Shown here piece after piece: positions 38,919 to 51,540 of a stretch of 64,000 nucleotides of DNA. Source of the stretch: Octopus vulgaris (taxonomy: Eukaryota). The translations under genes and the position numbers were made by a program. Where the stretch lies: NCBI GenBank assembly GCA_951406725.2, contig OX597818.1:92938001-93002000 (forward strand), written 5' to 3'. The notes under the pieces were generated by a model that did no database searches, had not been told where the DNA came from, and was given only the letters and a program-made list of their open reading frames with translations. Position 1 is the stretch's first letter. Each line of letters starts with the position of its first letter.

Positions 38919-40210
38919 CTGCAGAAAAAGAACAGTGTATCAACATAAACATCACTCAGTTACAGCTACTAACACCAATGCCACAAACATTACTTCAAAT
39001 GCAACTCCAAAAGAAGTAGCAAATATAACTTCCAATTGGCACAATTTCATCTCAGTTAATTCAAGCTTCATCCTGACATTCTTCATTATCACCATTTAAT
39101 GATTCCAGACATCACCATTGGATGGTGATGTCAAGAACAGGATGTGGCAAACCAGAGGACTGAAGCAAGATCCACTGTCTGCTTTGGCATGATTTGTACA
39201 GCTGAATGTTTTCCTAATGCCAACTACTTAACAGAATGTACTGGTTGCTTTTTACATGGCAACAGCACTGGCAAGATCACCATGCAACTCACAAGACCCC
39301 TCAACTGAGAATGTCAGTAGTATCGAGGGAGGTAGTTTTGTGCCAGGAGATGAGAGGTTAAAGTATGCTAGAGGAGCAGAAACAGGTACCTTGCTGTAGA
39401 GGAGATACATGGCTATCCAGTTGGAAAAAGTAAAAGGAGATGAGACATAAAGAGGAGAGAAATAGGATAGTAGTGAAAATGTGTCAGGGCATGGACCTTA
39501 TGGAGGCAAAGTGGCTAATGCTGGTGGCATGTGAAAAGCTCCTTTCAAGTGTTGGGCCTCACAGAGGCAATGACAAATGACTTAGACTTTTGGTATTATA
39601 TTGTGCTTGAAAAGAAGACCCATCAAGCTAAGTTAAACCGCAGTCAGGGCAGATACAGCTGTCACGTGAATGGCACATAAAAGCACCCATTACACTCTCA
39701 GAGTGGTTGGCATTAGGAAGGGTATCCAGCTGTAGAAACCATGCCAAATCAGACTGGAGTCTGGTGCAGCCTTCCAGCTTGCCAGTCCTGGCCAAACCGT
39801 CCAACCCATGCCAGCATGGACAACAGACATTATATGATGATGATGATAATGATGGTACAAACATTGATTAGCCCTAAATTAGCACTTATCCAGTAGATCT
39901 ATAATTGCTTCAAATTTTAGCGTAAGACCAGTAATTTTAGCAGATGGTTGATTACACGGACTCCAATATTTGACTGGTACTTATTTTATAAACCCGAAAT
40001 GACGAAAAACAAAGTTGACCTCGGTAATAATTGAACTCAGAACATAAAGAGTAGAAGAAATGCTGTTGAGCATTTTATCCAGTGCGCTAATGATTCTGCC
40101 AGCTCACTGCTTTCAGTAGACCTGTAATCAAAGACATTCTACACATGACAACACCACCTGTTAATTAAATAGTGTATCTAGGATTACATTATCAAATCTG
40201 TCCCTTTTAA

Positions 40211-40430
40211 CCTATATATGCCCATAAAAAATTCCACTGTATTTAGATTAAATGTTATGGCAAGCTTTCACAATCTGGCAGAGAAGGACAGTATACAACT
40301 GTTAGCTACGGATGTCGACTACCTACTGAACATTTTGTATGCTCAGTCAGATGCTTTCTGGCGAGTCCATATCCAAACAAGTAGGAACAGGTTTTGTGTT
40401 GCGAAAACACAACCAGAGGTATATTAGGGG
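40211..40430. mobile_element. TTAA-flanked MITE, family 1 (inverted relative to 21670-21890)
   Basis: TTAA on both sides; interior is the reverse complement of the first copy. Confidence 0.85.
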
Positions 40431-40908
40431 TTAAGATGTAAAAGAAATTTGGTCACACCACCGCCACCATCTATCTTCTTTCCAGTTACTCCAACCCACC
40501 TTTATATAATATGGGGAAGTTCTGTATTTACTCCATAGCCACACACCAGTGTTTGTTCCTCCATCATGCTTCAGTATCTCAACACCTGGCATAATGCCAC
40601 CACACTCTCTCAAATACTTCTCCCATACACACTTACTCAAGGAGACAGCTTCCTTTTCTTTTCCTTTCTTGCAAGTTACTTGGTGACCTCACGAGTGCCA
40701 GTGGCACAAAAGGAGCACCCAGCACACACTGTAAAGGGGTTGGTGTCAGGAAGGGCATCCAGTAATAGAAACTATGCCAAACCAGACACTGGAGCTTGAT
40801 GCAGTGCTGCAGCTCATTAGATCCTGTCAAACCCACCAACCCATGCTCGCATGGAAAACAGACATTAAATGATGATGATGATGAAGTGTTAATACTGCTA
40901 CTGTTGGT

Positions 40909-41104
40909 TGTTGTTGTTGTTAAGCAACAAGACGGGTAAGGGTGATTGTCTAGGGCTTAGGGGCGGGAGACCCCAGACCTTGGACAAAAATAGCTTTGGT
41001 CGTCTTGTTGTAATCAAGGGCTCTTCGTTGACGCCCGACACCACTGGGAGGTGACCCTCGAAGTTGATGGAAATGGAGATCTCCAGGTCCAAATTTTTGA
41101 ACAG
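40909..41104 (-). mobile_element. Short GC-rich retroposed insertion with (AAC)n tail
   Basis: (GTT)n at the left end; flanks CTGCTACTGTTGGT (40895) and CTGCTGCTATTGGT (41105) resemble a 14-bp TSD. Confidence 0.55.
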
Positions 41105-41338
41105 CTGCTGCTATTGGTGGTTGTATTAGTATTGTTACTGCTACTGTGAAAGGATAATAGAAGTGGTGGTGGTGAGGATGGTGGTAGTGTTGTTATTACT
41201 GGTAGTATTGATAATTATAGAAGCTATTTTACAGAGATTAAAACAGATTTTACTGCTACATGGCAGCACAACCATTCTGGAGTCCCAGTAACTAATAAAG
41301 AGTCATTAGTATGTAGAAAGTGAATGCAATAGACAAAC

Positions 41339-41467
41339 CTGTTTTATCGTGCTGAGAGAGCGAATCACTGCACCAATAGCATGTGCCCACTGATTCCTTT
41401 CTTCCTCTCCAGCAGCCTGAAGATAAATTTCCCGATCTCCAGATGGCATACATATTTTGAAAGTCCC
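41339..41467 (-). CDS. PLEK: Pleckstrin-like exon (second half of the N-terminal PH domain)
   Basis: GTFKICMPSGDREIYLQAAGEEERNQWAHAI is a PH terminal strand and helix; acceptor tttcag, donor gtttgt; phase 0/0. The eight exons total 954 nt in one open frame. Confidence 0.92.
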
Positions 41468-42205
41468 CTGAAATAAAAGAAGAACAAAGATCAGCAAATG
41501 GCACCACTTCATTAACAGAAAACTTAATTAGTTTACTTTGGACAACAAAAACCATTAAAGATTTTTTCAACATAGCTAACAACTTCCACAAGGTCAGTTA
41601 AATATTCATCCGTGCAGGACTGCATATTATGAATACCTTAAAAGCTTTTATGTGAAGACACAGCATTCACAGCAGTGTATATTAACCTCCTTTGTCCCCA
41701 ACACTGTGATTAAAAAAAGTAAAAATAAAAATAAAATAATGATGATGACAATGATGATAAAACGGCAGTTGCAGGCATGGCTGTGTAGTGAAGCTCACTT
41801 TGCAACCTCATGGTTTCAAGTTCAGTCCCATTATGCAGCTCCTTGGGTAAAGTGTCTTGTACAAATAGCCCCTACTCGACCAATGTGTTGTGAGTGGTTT
41901 TGGTAGAGGGGAAACTGTGTGGAAGCCTATCATGTGTGTGTGCGTACACGTGTATATATGTTGTAATTGTATGCATCAGTGGATCTTTGTTTACCCCACC
42001 CTGCCACCGCTTGACAAACCTGTGCCAGTTTGTTCACATCCCCATAACTGAGTGGTTTTGCCATAACAGGGTGATGGAATAAGTAAGAGCCTTAAAAAGG
42101 GGAGAAAAAATAAGTACTGAGGGCGATTTGTTTGACTAAAACCCTTCAAGGTGACACCCCAGAATGGCCACAGATAGACCATCATGAACAGACAGTTAGT
42201 ATATA

Positions 42206-42251
<46 letters not shown>

Positions 42252-42333
42252 TTTAAGTGAAACTTTATTGCAAGTTACATTCATTTGCTACTCATGTCTC
42301 ATTCTGAAATAACCAATGCCCCATCAAAATATT

Positions 42334-42546
42334 CTTTTCTACTCTAGGCACAAGGCCTGACATTTTTGGGGAGGGGACCAGTCGATTAGATCAACCCCAG
42401 TACACAACTGGTACTTAATTTATCGATCCTGAAAGGATGAAAGGCAAAGTCAATCTTGGCAGAATTTGAACTCAGAACGTAAAGACAGACGAAATACCGC
42501 TAAGCACATCCCCGGAGTACCATTTCTGCCAGCTTGCCGCCTTAAA
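42334..42546 (-). mobile_element. Young SINE family B copy with 19-bp TSD
   Basis: AATGCCCCATCAAAATATT at 42315-42333 and 42547-42565. Confidence 0.92.
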
Positions 42547-44795
42547 AATGCCCCATCAAAATATTACCCAGCAACACAGGTGGGGAGTGTATTCCATCTT
42601 GAGAAACACTGATCTACAGCATATGTTAGGGAACTTTTTTAGCCAATTACCCCAAAATATCTTTATTTATGCTGATGTCACCCTCTTGATTAGAAAGAAA
42701 GAAAATCATAGATAACAAGGAATACGTTTTTTTTATATAATTTTACTTATGTCTAATGAGCCCTCATTACCCCAAAGAATTTCATTTTTACCCAGCCTGG
42801 GGTAATTTACCCCAATTTGCCAACCCCTGATCTAAAGTGACTAAAGAAGAATTTTCATCAAATGTATCAGAATTGTGATGATGTACTGAAGTGAAGCATG
42901 AGAGTTGCAGTGAGTAGAGCACAAAATGTGGGCATGGTTTATTGAATGTGTAATGTGAAGTGAAATAGTTTGTGCACAAGTCGGTTATGAAAGTGACTGG
43001 GAACCCAAATAATTAAACTGTGTTTGAGGACTCAGATGTTTCAGTGAGTCAATGGACCTTTCATCGGTGTTTTAATTATTTTATCTATATTTCTACTTGT
43101 ATTAGTCAGGGGATAGTAGCCATGTTGAGGTACCACCTTGAAGAGTTTTTATCAGACAAATTAAACCTCAGTACTTCTTTCTTCCTTTTTGTAATCTGGT
43201 ATTCATTCTATCAGTCTCTTATGTCAAGCTGCTAAATTATTTAGATGTAACAAACCAACACTGGTTGTCAAGCAATAGTGGGGGACAAACTGAAACACAC
43301 ATATTCATACACACAGTGGCTTCTTTCAGTTTCTGTTTACCAAATTCACTCACAAGTCTTTGGTTGGCTTGGGGTTATAGTAAAAGGCACTTACCCAAGG
43401 TAGGACTGAACCCAGAACCATGAGGTTGGAAACAAACTTCTTAGCATATAACCATGCCACTTCTCTATGTTTGCATCTATCAAGAAATTCAGTGAGGTAA
43501 ATTTTCTACAGCTGGATACCTTTTCTGTCACCAACCCTCACCTAGTCCAAGCAAAGTAGACCTTCCTTTTGGCAGGACATGTTTTCATGGAAGACTGAGA
43601 ATGAATTACACTGCTTGTATGATGGTGAAGCTCATTTACAACTACCAGGTAATGTCAAGATGGGACACATACACACACATACATCCACCTCCCTACTTCC
43701 ATAACTTACTCTCACAATACAACTATAGCTATCTCCCACACCACTACCATCCAAAAAGAAAAAAAAACCGCATCAGTAACTCTCCATCTCAAGACAGTTA
43801 CACTCTTCTCCCCATCCTATCTTTCTCTATACTGCTTTCTCCTCCCATCCTCACACAGACACAGACCCCTGCCACAGAACCACATTCCAACCTGCCCTCT
43901 TTAATCCACTTTTTTTTTTGTCTCCAATCACTTTTTCTCATTCATTCTGAAATGTCAAAACTACTTTATTCTTTTTTTTTAAAGCGTCAAACTAATACAT
44001 TTGTTAAAACTTGCTCCTACTTGTATATCAATGTTCACTTGTGTTCATTGTCTTCAACCCCACACACTCAATGGGCTTCTTTCAGTATCCATCTACCAAA
44101 TCTACTTATATGGCTTTGGTTGGCCCAGGGCTACAGTAAAAGATATTTGCCCAAGGGCCACACAATGGGACCAAACCTGAAACAATGTGGTTGGAAGTGA
44201 ACCTCTCAACCACACAACTATGCCTGTGTGAAAATATAATGTAATGTGTGTTAGCGGTGGTTAAAGCTATTAGTGATGGTAGAGACAGACCAATAAAGAT
44301 TTTAAGCCATAGATTATTACATCAGTTACAAGATTGGATGTCAAAACACACAACCTACATAATTATGGTGATATGTTTAGATGCAGTAAGTTCTAATTTT
44401 AAAGCATCAAGTCAGAGGCTTACTGTATGGTTGGTATTCAGAATGACATGCGAGCTACGTTAATAGAAGCAAACAGGTGGATGCCAACAACTAAGTACAG
44501 CTACTTCAGAAAGAAATATTGGTATCTAAGAATATAATCTAAGCCAAAAGGTATTGTATAAAAGGGGAAAGTAAATTCAGATGTTATTTTGTAATTTTGC
44601 ACTAGTATTTTTACTGCAGTGATTCATGCTGTGTTGCATCAATTTAGCATAACATAGATTCATATTTTAGTGTTCAAAAAGTTGTTCCACATCATGGCTT
44701 CTAATCTGACATGATGGTATGTTACTGTCTGTGCCAGTCATCCCCCATCAGCCTTCTGCTTCCACTAACTTCAAAGCTGTGGAAATAAACATTAA

Positions 44796-45016
44796 CCCTT
44801 TAGCATTTTAAACCAGCCATATATCCAGCCCACACCTTTCTACCTGTTTTATGTTCAAATCATCCAGATCCAGCTTCTCATACTTACCTAACGTCGTTTT
44901 AAAAGTTAACAATCACATTATCAAAATCTTGAAACTGCAAGATAACACATGATTGATTCAAAACCATGTGAATAAATAAGCATTATTCTTGACAGAGTAA
45001 TCTGAATGTTAAAGGG
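44796..45016. mobile_element. TTAA-flanked MITE, family 2
   Basis: TTAA|CCCTTTAGCATT...AATGTTAAAGGG|TTAA; further copies at 50871-51087 and 53567-53787. Confidence 0.85.
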
Positions 45017-47684
45017 TTAAAGTTATTTCTTCAATAAGTATAGCTGTGTGGTTAAGAAGTTTACTTCCCAATAACATGGTTTCAGGTTCAGTTCCACTGT
45101 GTGAAACCTTGGGCAGGTGTCTTCTATAGACTTGTTAGTGGACTTGGTGGGCAACAGCCCAGAATAAAAGACAAAAAGTGAACAGTGAAAGAACTATAAA
45201 GTAGAAAGGGTACACAAGCATGTCAGGGGTGGTGTTGGTGAATTTTTGTTGGAAAGAATGGAATTTTTGAAGGGTGCAGTGTCCTATGTCTGAAAGTCTT
45301 AGGTATTGCACTATTTTTTGATGTTATGGATGGTAGAAATATCAAATTGAAAAAAGGTAGTCAAAGTTGTTATTGAAAAGATGGTGGATAATCTTGTAAT
45401 CTTATGATGATGCTCAGAGAAGTAAGACATTCAAGATTCAGTAAGTGACTGACAGAAAGTATTTGTGTGGATATATGTCTCAAGATAACTTGATATTCTG
45501 AACAAGATGGTGGTTCCAGGTTGGTGTTGCAAGCTTGTGCGTAGACATATAGCTTTTGATGAGCACCACTTAACCTTCAAAGAATTATATTACAATCTTA
45601 ATAAATTAATCTGAATATACAGAACTGACCGAGTAGATAAAAGTAACAAAAAAAAAAATCAAGATAAGTTCACATCTAAAAGCATTTCATTGATTTTAAT
45701 CAAAAATATTTTATAATGTAACTGATAAAGACCGAATGGAAAGAAAGATGTTTGTTAATTTTATAACCACATTCTTGTATGCAATTATTTTTAATAAACT
45801 GCTTTTTAATTATAATTAAACAAGTTTGTTTACATCCAAAACATTTGCAGGATGGTTTTCAAAACCTTTTGGATATAAATTAATGAAGACTATTTCCTAA
45901 TACACAAGTGGTAGACATATGTGCATGTGCATGCATGATTACTACATTTTCAAATCTTTTTATTGATTTTAGTGGAATTTATGGTTCATGCCTTATAATA
46001 CTGGTAATATATTAATAAACTCATTCTAGACTCAGTACTTGTCAAAATAATATACAACTTTCATGCTAGCTAGTCCAACCCATGCTAGCATGGAAAGCAG
46101 ATGTTAAACGATGATGATGATTAAACAGGGAAATAATCAAGATATTAACTTGATGCATCATCATTTAACATCCACTTTTCCATGCTCATATGGTCAGATG
46201 GAATTTGTGGAGATAGATCTGTCACCATCTCTCAGTTTCCAAGCAAAGTAATATTTCCCATGGAAGATTAGAAAGAAACAACCTCACTTGTATGACAACG
46301 ATGCTCATTTACAACCATCTTGTGATGTCTAGGCAAGGGTACACACAAAACACACAGAAATACACACACACTTCTTGTCAACCAAATCCACTTACCCAAA
46401 TTACCATGCAGTGGAACTGAACCTGAAACCGGAATTTCAGTTTACCAGACAACTATTTATGATACACAGCCTCGAACAGATCTCTAACAGAAATACTGAA
46501 CTACCTTTGATACATAAATCCACTTAACTATTTTCGCCTTCCATACTGTGACTGGTTATGTAAAATATTTGTGACTCTGGCCATGCAACTACATCCACAT
46601 AGCTATCTCAGTATGTTCTCATATGAAATATCTGTCAATTTATTTTTGTATAATTTGCTTTCAGCAGTCTTGATTTAATAGCTGCACTGTGTCTTTAGTT
46701 AAATTGCTCAGTGCTTTGTTCCTGTTGATGTTGAGATGAAACAGTTAAATGTATATGCAGTTAGAATACTCTCTCGTGACTTAACAATTCAAATCCAGCA
46801 CAAATATTATATCCTTTCCAGGAAAACCAATTCTAAACCATCTTAGTTCATCTAGCTGCTATGCATAAAATATTTACCATGCTTCTCTGGAGAATGTTAA
46901 CCAGATAGAGATCTCACATTTAGAACCAAATACACACAGTTTGTGAGCCAATAATGAAAGACATAAACCATGCCATTACACTAACAATATCAGGTCCTTG
47001 TGAAAATGTTATCACACAATTTCATTACCTCTCTCCTATAAATATCAAGAAATTAATCATTATGAGTAAGTAGACCTGAAGAATTAGTTCTGAATTAAAA
47101 AGACCAGATTAGATCACCTCTGATTAGTGCATGCATAAACAACAGGTAAATAAGTTATTTATTCACCCTAGGCTAGCACTGACCAAGTGAAACCACAATC
47201 AAGGGCTTCCTAGCCATAACCACTGTCTTTTCTGCATATACCATTTTTTATCAAGGTGGTAAGCAGATAAGATTTGGTTGCTATTTCTAACAGAACTAGC
47301 AACCACCTACAGAACCCTCCATTAGATCAAGATACCTAAGTGGGTGGAGAGGTTAGTCAGTGCTATGTTAGTCTTCAGAAAGAACAGGAAATAGGGGTCA
47401 CAGTAGTTCAGGCTTTGGGTTCAGTTTCTGATTTCACCATTCTCAATTAATCAACTGGAAAATGTCAGTCCAAGAAAGAAGAGAAAACTTAGTGGTGGTG
47501 GTGGGGTGTGGGGAGGGGGATCCAGTAACAGTTTCCACTGCTTACTGAGAGATTAACTGGACAGATCTCTTTCCACAGTCTGATTACTAATGCCAGTAGA
47601 GTAGGAGGGAGAGAGAAGTGAAGTCTTTCATTCATTGAAGCAGACACAAACAGTTGGAAAATATGGATGAGACCAACTGTTTAT

Positions 47685-48462
47685 AAAGAGAGACAGAGAG
47701 ACAAAGAGAAGGAAAGAGGCAAATAGAGTGAGATAGACAGTGAGAGAGACACACAGAGAAAAAGAGGTAAATACAGAAACAAATAGAATGAGAGAGAGAG
47801 AGAGAGAGAGAGAGACAAATGGAGAGAGAGATATAGACAGAGAAAGACAAAGGAGGAGAGAGATAGACAAAGAGAGACATGGACATATATACAAAGAGAT
47901 GTAGAGACCAAGAGAGAGCGACATACAAAGACAAAAAGAGAAACGCACAGAGGCAGAGAGAGAGAGACGCACAGAGAGGGAGAGAGACGCACAGAGACGG
48001 AGAGAGACGCACGGAGACAGAGAGAGACGCATGGAGACATAAAGAGAGATGCACAGAGACATAAAGAGAGACGCACGGAGACATAGAGAGAGACGCACGG
48101 AGACAGAAATAGAGAGAGAGATGCACAGATACAGAGAGACAGAGAGAGAGAGAGTGTGAGACGCACAAAGATGGAGAAGGAAATGCACAGACAGTGAGAG
48201 AGAGAGAGAGGGGGCACAGACACAGAGAGACACAGAGAGAAACTCCTAGAAAAAGAGAGAGACACAGAGACAGAGACACAGTGATAGAGAGATGCACAGG
48301 GAGAGAGATGCACAGAGACAGAGACGCAGAGAGAGAGAGGGGGAGAGAGACACAGAGAGAGAGAGATACAGAGACAAAGAGATAAATAGAGAGGGAGAGA
48401 CAAATAAAGAGAGACAGACACACAGAGACAAACAGTTAGAAAAACAACTAGAGAGACAGAAA
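47685..48462. repeat. Degenerate (GA)n / GAGACGCAC purine-rich tract
   Basis: Seen directly; source of the SLSL and RERE ORFs. Confidence 0.9.
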
Positions 48463-48895
48463 CATAAAAAGGGGGCGAGGGAATTAAGGGTGGGGTAATG
48501 TTCTGTTAGGAATTCAGTTGACATTTTCCAGAGAGTGCTGAGAACTGGCAAGTGAAAAAAAGTGATTATGTACACGCAGGAGCAGAGGAGATGTAGGGCC
48601 AACCCTAAATACTGTTGTAATTAGAGAAGTGCCTTCCTCTGAATCACACCCAACAAATTATTGAAGTCTCAAAAAAAAAAAAAAAAGAAAAAAGAAAATA
48701 TTGTTTTTAAATGTTTCATTTATTTTCCTTCCCCTCCCATTTCTCCTTTCTTAAATATCATTTTTGTCATACAAACAGCTTTCAATGACCAAATAATTTA
48801 GATACTTGTGTGTGTGGTCAGGACGTGGGGGAGGTAGATACACACACACACATAGGTGTGTGTGTGTGTATCAATTTATATATATATATATATAG

Positions 48896-49410
48896 GCATA
48901 ATTAAATCTCAGAATGAGATTGAAACAGTAATCGCTCGATAATGTAAAGTATAGAAGCCATCTTATCATGGCTAACCACATTGGAGAGGGGGTTGTTACT
49001 GTAGCTTTATAGCCCCAAGAGATCTTCGTCTCTAGCTGGCTCTAAACACAATATCTGTGTCTTTGGAGTATTTGCAAAGGGAGGCCATCCTTTCCTCGCA
49101 AGTCTGAGTGATACGCTCAAACTAGTTTCAGGATGTTTGTCCCTCGTCAACGGGCGGCAACCACCAGGTAGCGATGAAAGTGAAGACTCCTTTGCAAATA
49201 GATATAAGTTTTTCTAATGGCGTCTGCCACTGATGTCGAAAAACGAACAGTAAGCATAATTAAATCTCAGAATGAGATTGAAACAGTAATCGCTCGATAA
49301 TGTAAAGTATAGAAGCCATCTTATCATGGCTAACCCCATTGGGGAGGGGGTTGTTACTGTAGCTTTATAGCCCCAAGAGTCCTTCGTCTCTAGCTGGCTC
49401 TAAACACAAT
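48896..49410 (-). mobile_element. Partial tandem repeat (358-bp period) with a minimal hammerhead; Penelope pLTR/retrozyme-like
   Basis: 48896-49052 is repeated at 49254-49410; (TA)n on both sides; hammerhead-like motif in between. Confidence 0.7.
49114..49156 (-). ncRNA. Minimal type-I hammerhead-ribozyme-like motif
   Basis: Minus strand: CGCCCG-UUGACGA-GGGA-CAAACA-UCCU-GAAA-CUAG-UU-UGAGCG (stem I, core, stem II, GAAA, palindromic tetramer, UH). Confidence 0.65.
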
Positions 49411-49425
49411 TATATATATATATAA

Positions 49426-49665
49426 ATGGCCCAGTGATTGGGACAGCGGACTCGCAGTTGTAGGATCGTGGTTTCAATTCCCGAGTGTTTATTGAGCAAA
49501 AACACCTAAAAGCTCCACGAGGCTCCGGCAGGTGGGGGTGGCAATCCCTGCTGTACTCTTTCGCCACAACTTTCTCTCACTTTTTTTTCAGTTGGCCTGC
49601 TTGCTTAACCTGCGGGGTGGCGTCATTTGAAGGCTAGATGTGTAGCAACATCTGATAGCCTGGTG
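49426..49665 (+). mobile_element. Third tRNA-derived SINE family (Arg-TCG-like head)
   Basis: TGGCCCAGTG..CAGCGGACTCGCAG..GGTTTCAATTCCC has A/B-box spacing; not a complete cloverleaf. Confidence 0.55.
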
Positions 49666-50099
49666 TGATATATACACACACACACACACTTTTCATCAAC
49701 AATACAAGTTTATGTGGTAACTGAACTTGCAAGAAATAACAGCCAACAACCCCACAAATCTCACCATGCTGTCTTTAAAATAGGATACAATGGAGAATGT
49801 GATCCTGTAGTCTCCACATACATAGGTGTACACAGTTGAGATAGTCATAGCTGGAATACCCTTTAATCAAAGGTATGCATATAAAAGGTGACTTAGGGCT
49901 AAACAACCACCATATACTCATTTCTGTTGACATAACAACATTTTACATACAATGCTCACCTACCACATTCCTCACATTCTATACATTCACATTTCACTGA
50001 CCACATTAAGCAGTCTATATATTCACAAACTTTACATACCACATTAAACAGTCTATACATTCACACATCATTTAACACATTAAATATTGTATGAGAGTT

Positions 50100-50292
50100 A
50101 TACTCTTTTACTTGTTTCAGTCATTTGACTGGCCATGCTGGAGCACTGCCTTTAGTCGAGCAAATCCACCCCAGGACTTATTCTTTTCTAAGCCTAGTAC
50201 TTATTCTATCGGTCTCTTTTACGGGGGACGTAAACACGCCAGCATCGGTTGTCAAGTGATGTTGGGGGGGACACAGACAAACACACACACAC

Positions 50293-50374
<82 letters not shown>

Positions 50375-50385
50375 GTGTGTGTGTG

Positions 50386-50429
<44 letters not shown>

Positions 50430-50607
50430 CATACACATATATACAACGGGCTTCTTTCAGTTTCCGTCTACAAATCTACTCACAAGGCTTTGGTTGGCCC
50501 GAGGCTATAGTAAAAGACACTTGCCCAAGGTGCCATGCAGTGGGACTGAACCCGGAACCATGTGGTTGGTGAGCAAGCTACTTACCACACAGCCACTCCT
50601 ACGCCTA
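50100..50607 (-). mobile_element. SINE family A, full length, with expanded central microsatellite
   Basis: Reverse complement of the family A pattern. Confidence 0.9.
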
Positions 50608-50779
50608 TACTGAAAATATGACTAAAGTGAGCATAACATTTTTACGAGATGATATTTTGCATATACTGGTAGAATAACTCTTCCTACAGAGTAACTATTC
50701 TAGTTCTTTGTCAAGAAAATAATGAATTTCAAAAAAAAGTAAAGTATTGTCAATGAGTTCTTGATGAATGAGTGTTGCA

Positions 50780-51540
50780 AGCTATCTGATACCAACAGAA
50801 GGCTACTAGTTGTTGGTGGAGATGACAACTCTAGCAAGAGCTATGTACACAGGTGGATGAAGAAGTTTGACCATTCAGCATTAAGATTCCGTTAAATGTA
50901 ATGCTTATTTATTCACACTCTCTTGAATTGCTCATGCATTATCTTGTAACTTTGAGATTTCAATGATGTGATCATTTACTTTTCATATGACATTGTCAGG
51001 TAGGTATGAGAGACCAGATTTAACTAGTTTGAGCATTAAACAAGTAGAATATTTTGGTTGGATATGGTCAACTTAAATGCTAAAGGGTTAAAGAAGAGGG
51101 CAACCAGCACTGAAGACAGATCACACAATGGGAGACCATCAACTGTGACCACTGACAACACACCAGCAAGTGAATGAATTGATTCACATGGACAGACGAG
51201 TCAGAATCTGTTAGCTTACTACAAAATTGGACTGTGGTCACATTGCATTATAGAAGAAGTGGAAAGACTTCGGGTGTCAGAAAGTGTATGCAACCTAAGC
51301 AGTTGACCCCAGATTTGAAGGAGAAAAGAGTGAAAGTCTGCTCTGATCTAATTGGAAGCATTTCAAGCCAAAGAGGAAACATTTATTAATCACTTTTTTT
51401 TTTTTTCCCCCAAATCTGGCGAGAGAGGCCGAAATGCGGACATATCTTTATGATCTGGAAATGAAAGTTCAGTCAATGAAATGACATCACACTGCTTCAA
51501 GCACTAGGAAGTTTAAATGCTAATGATCTGCACAGAAAGA
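50780..51540 (+). mobile_element. Old mariner remnant interrupted by a TTAA MITE (50871-51087)
   Basis: EDRSHNGRPSTVTTD..VNELIHMDRRV..LTPDLKEKRVKVC..YDLEMKVQSM fragments. Confidence 0.7.
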
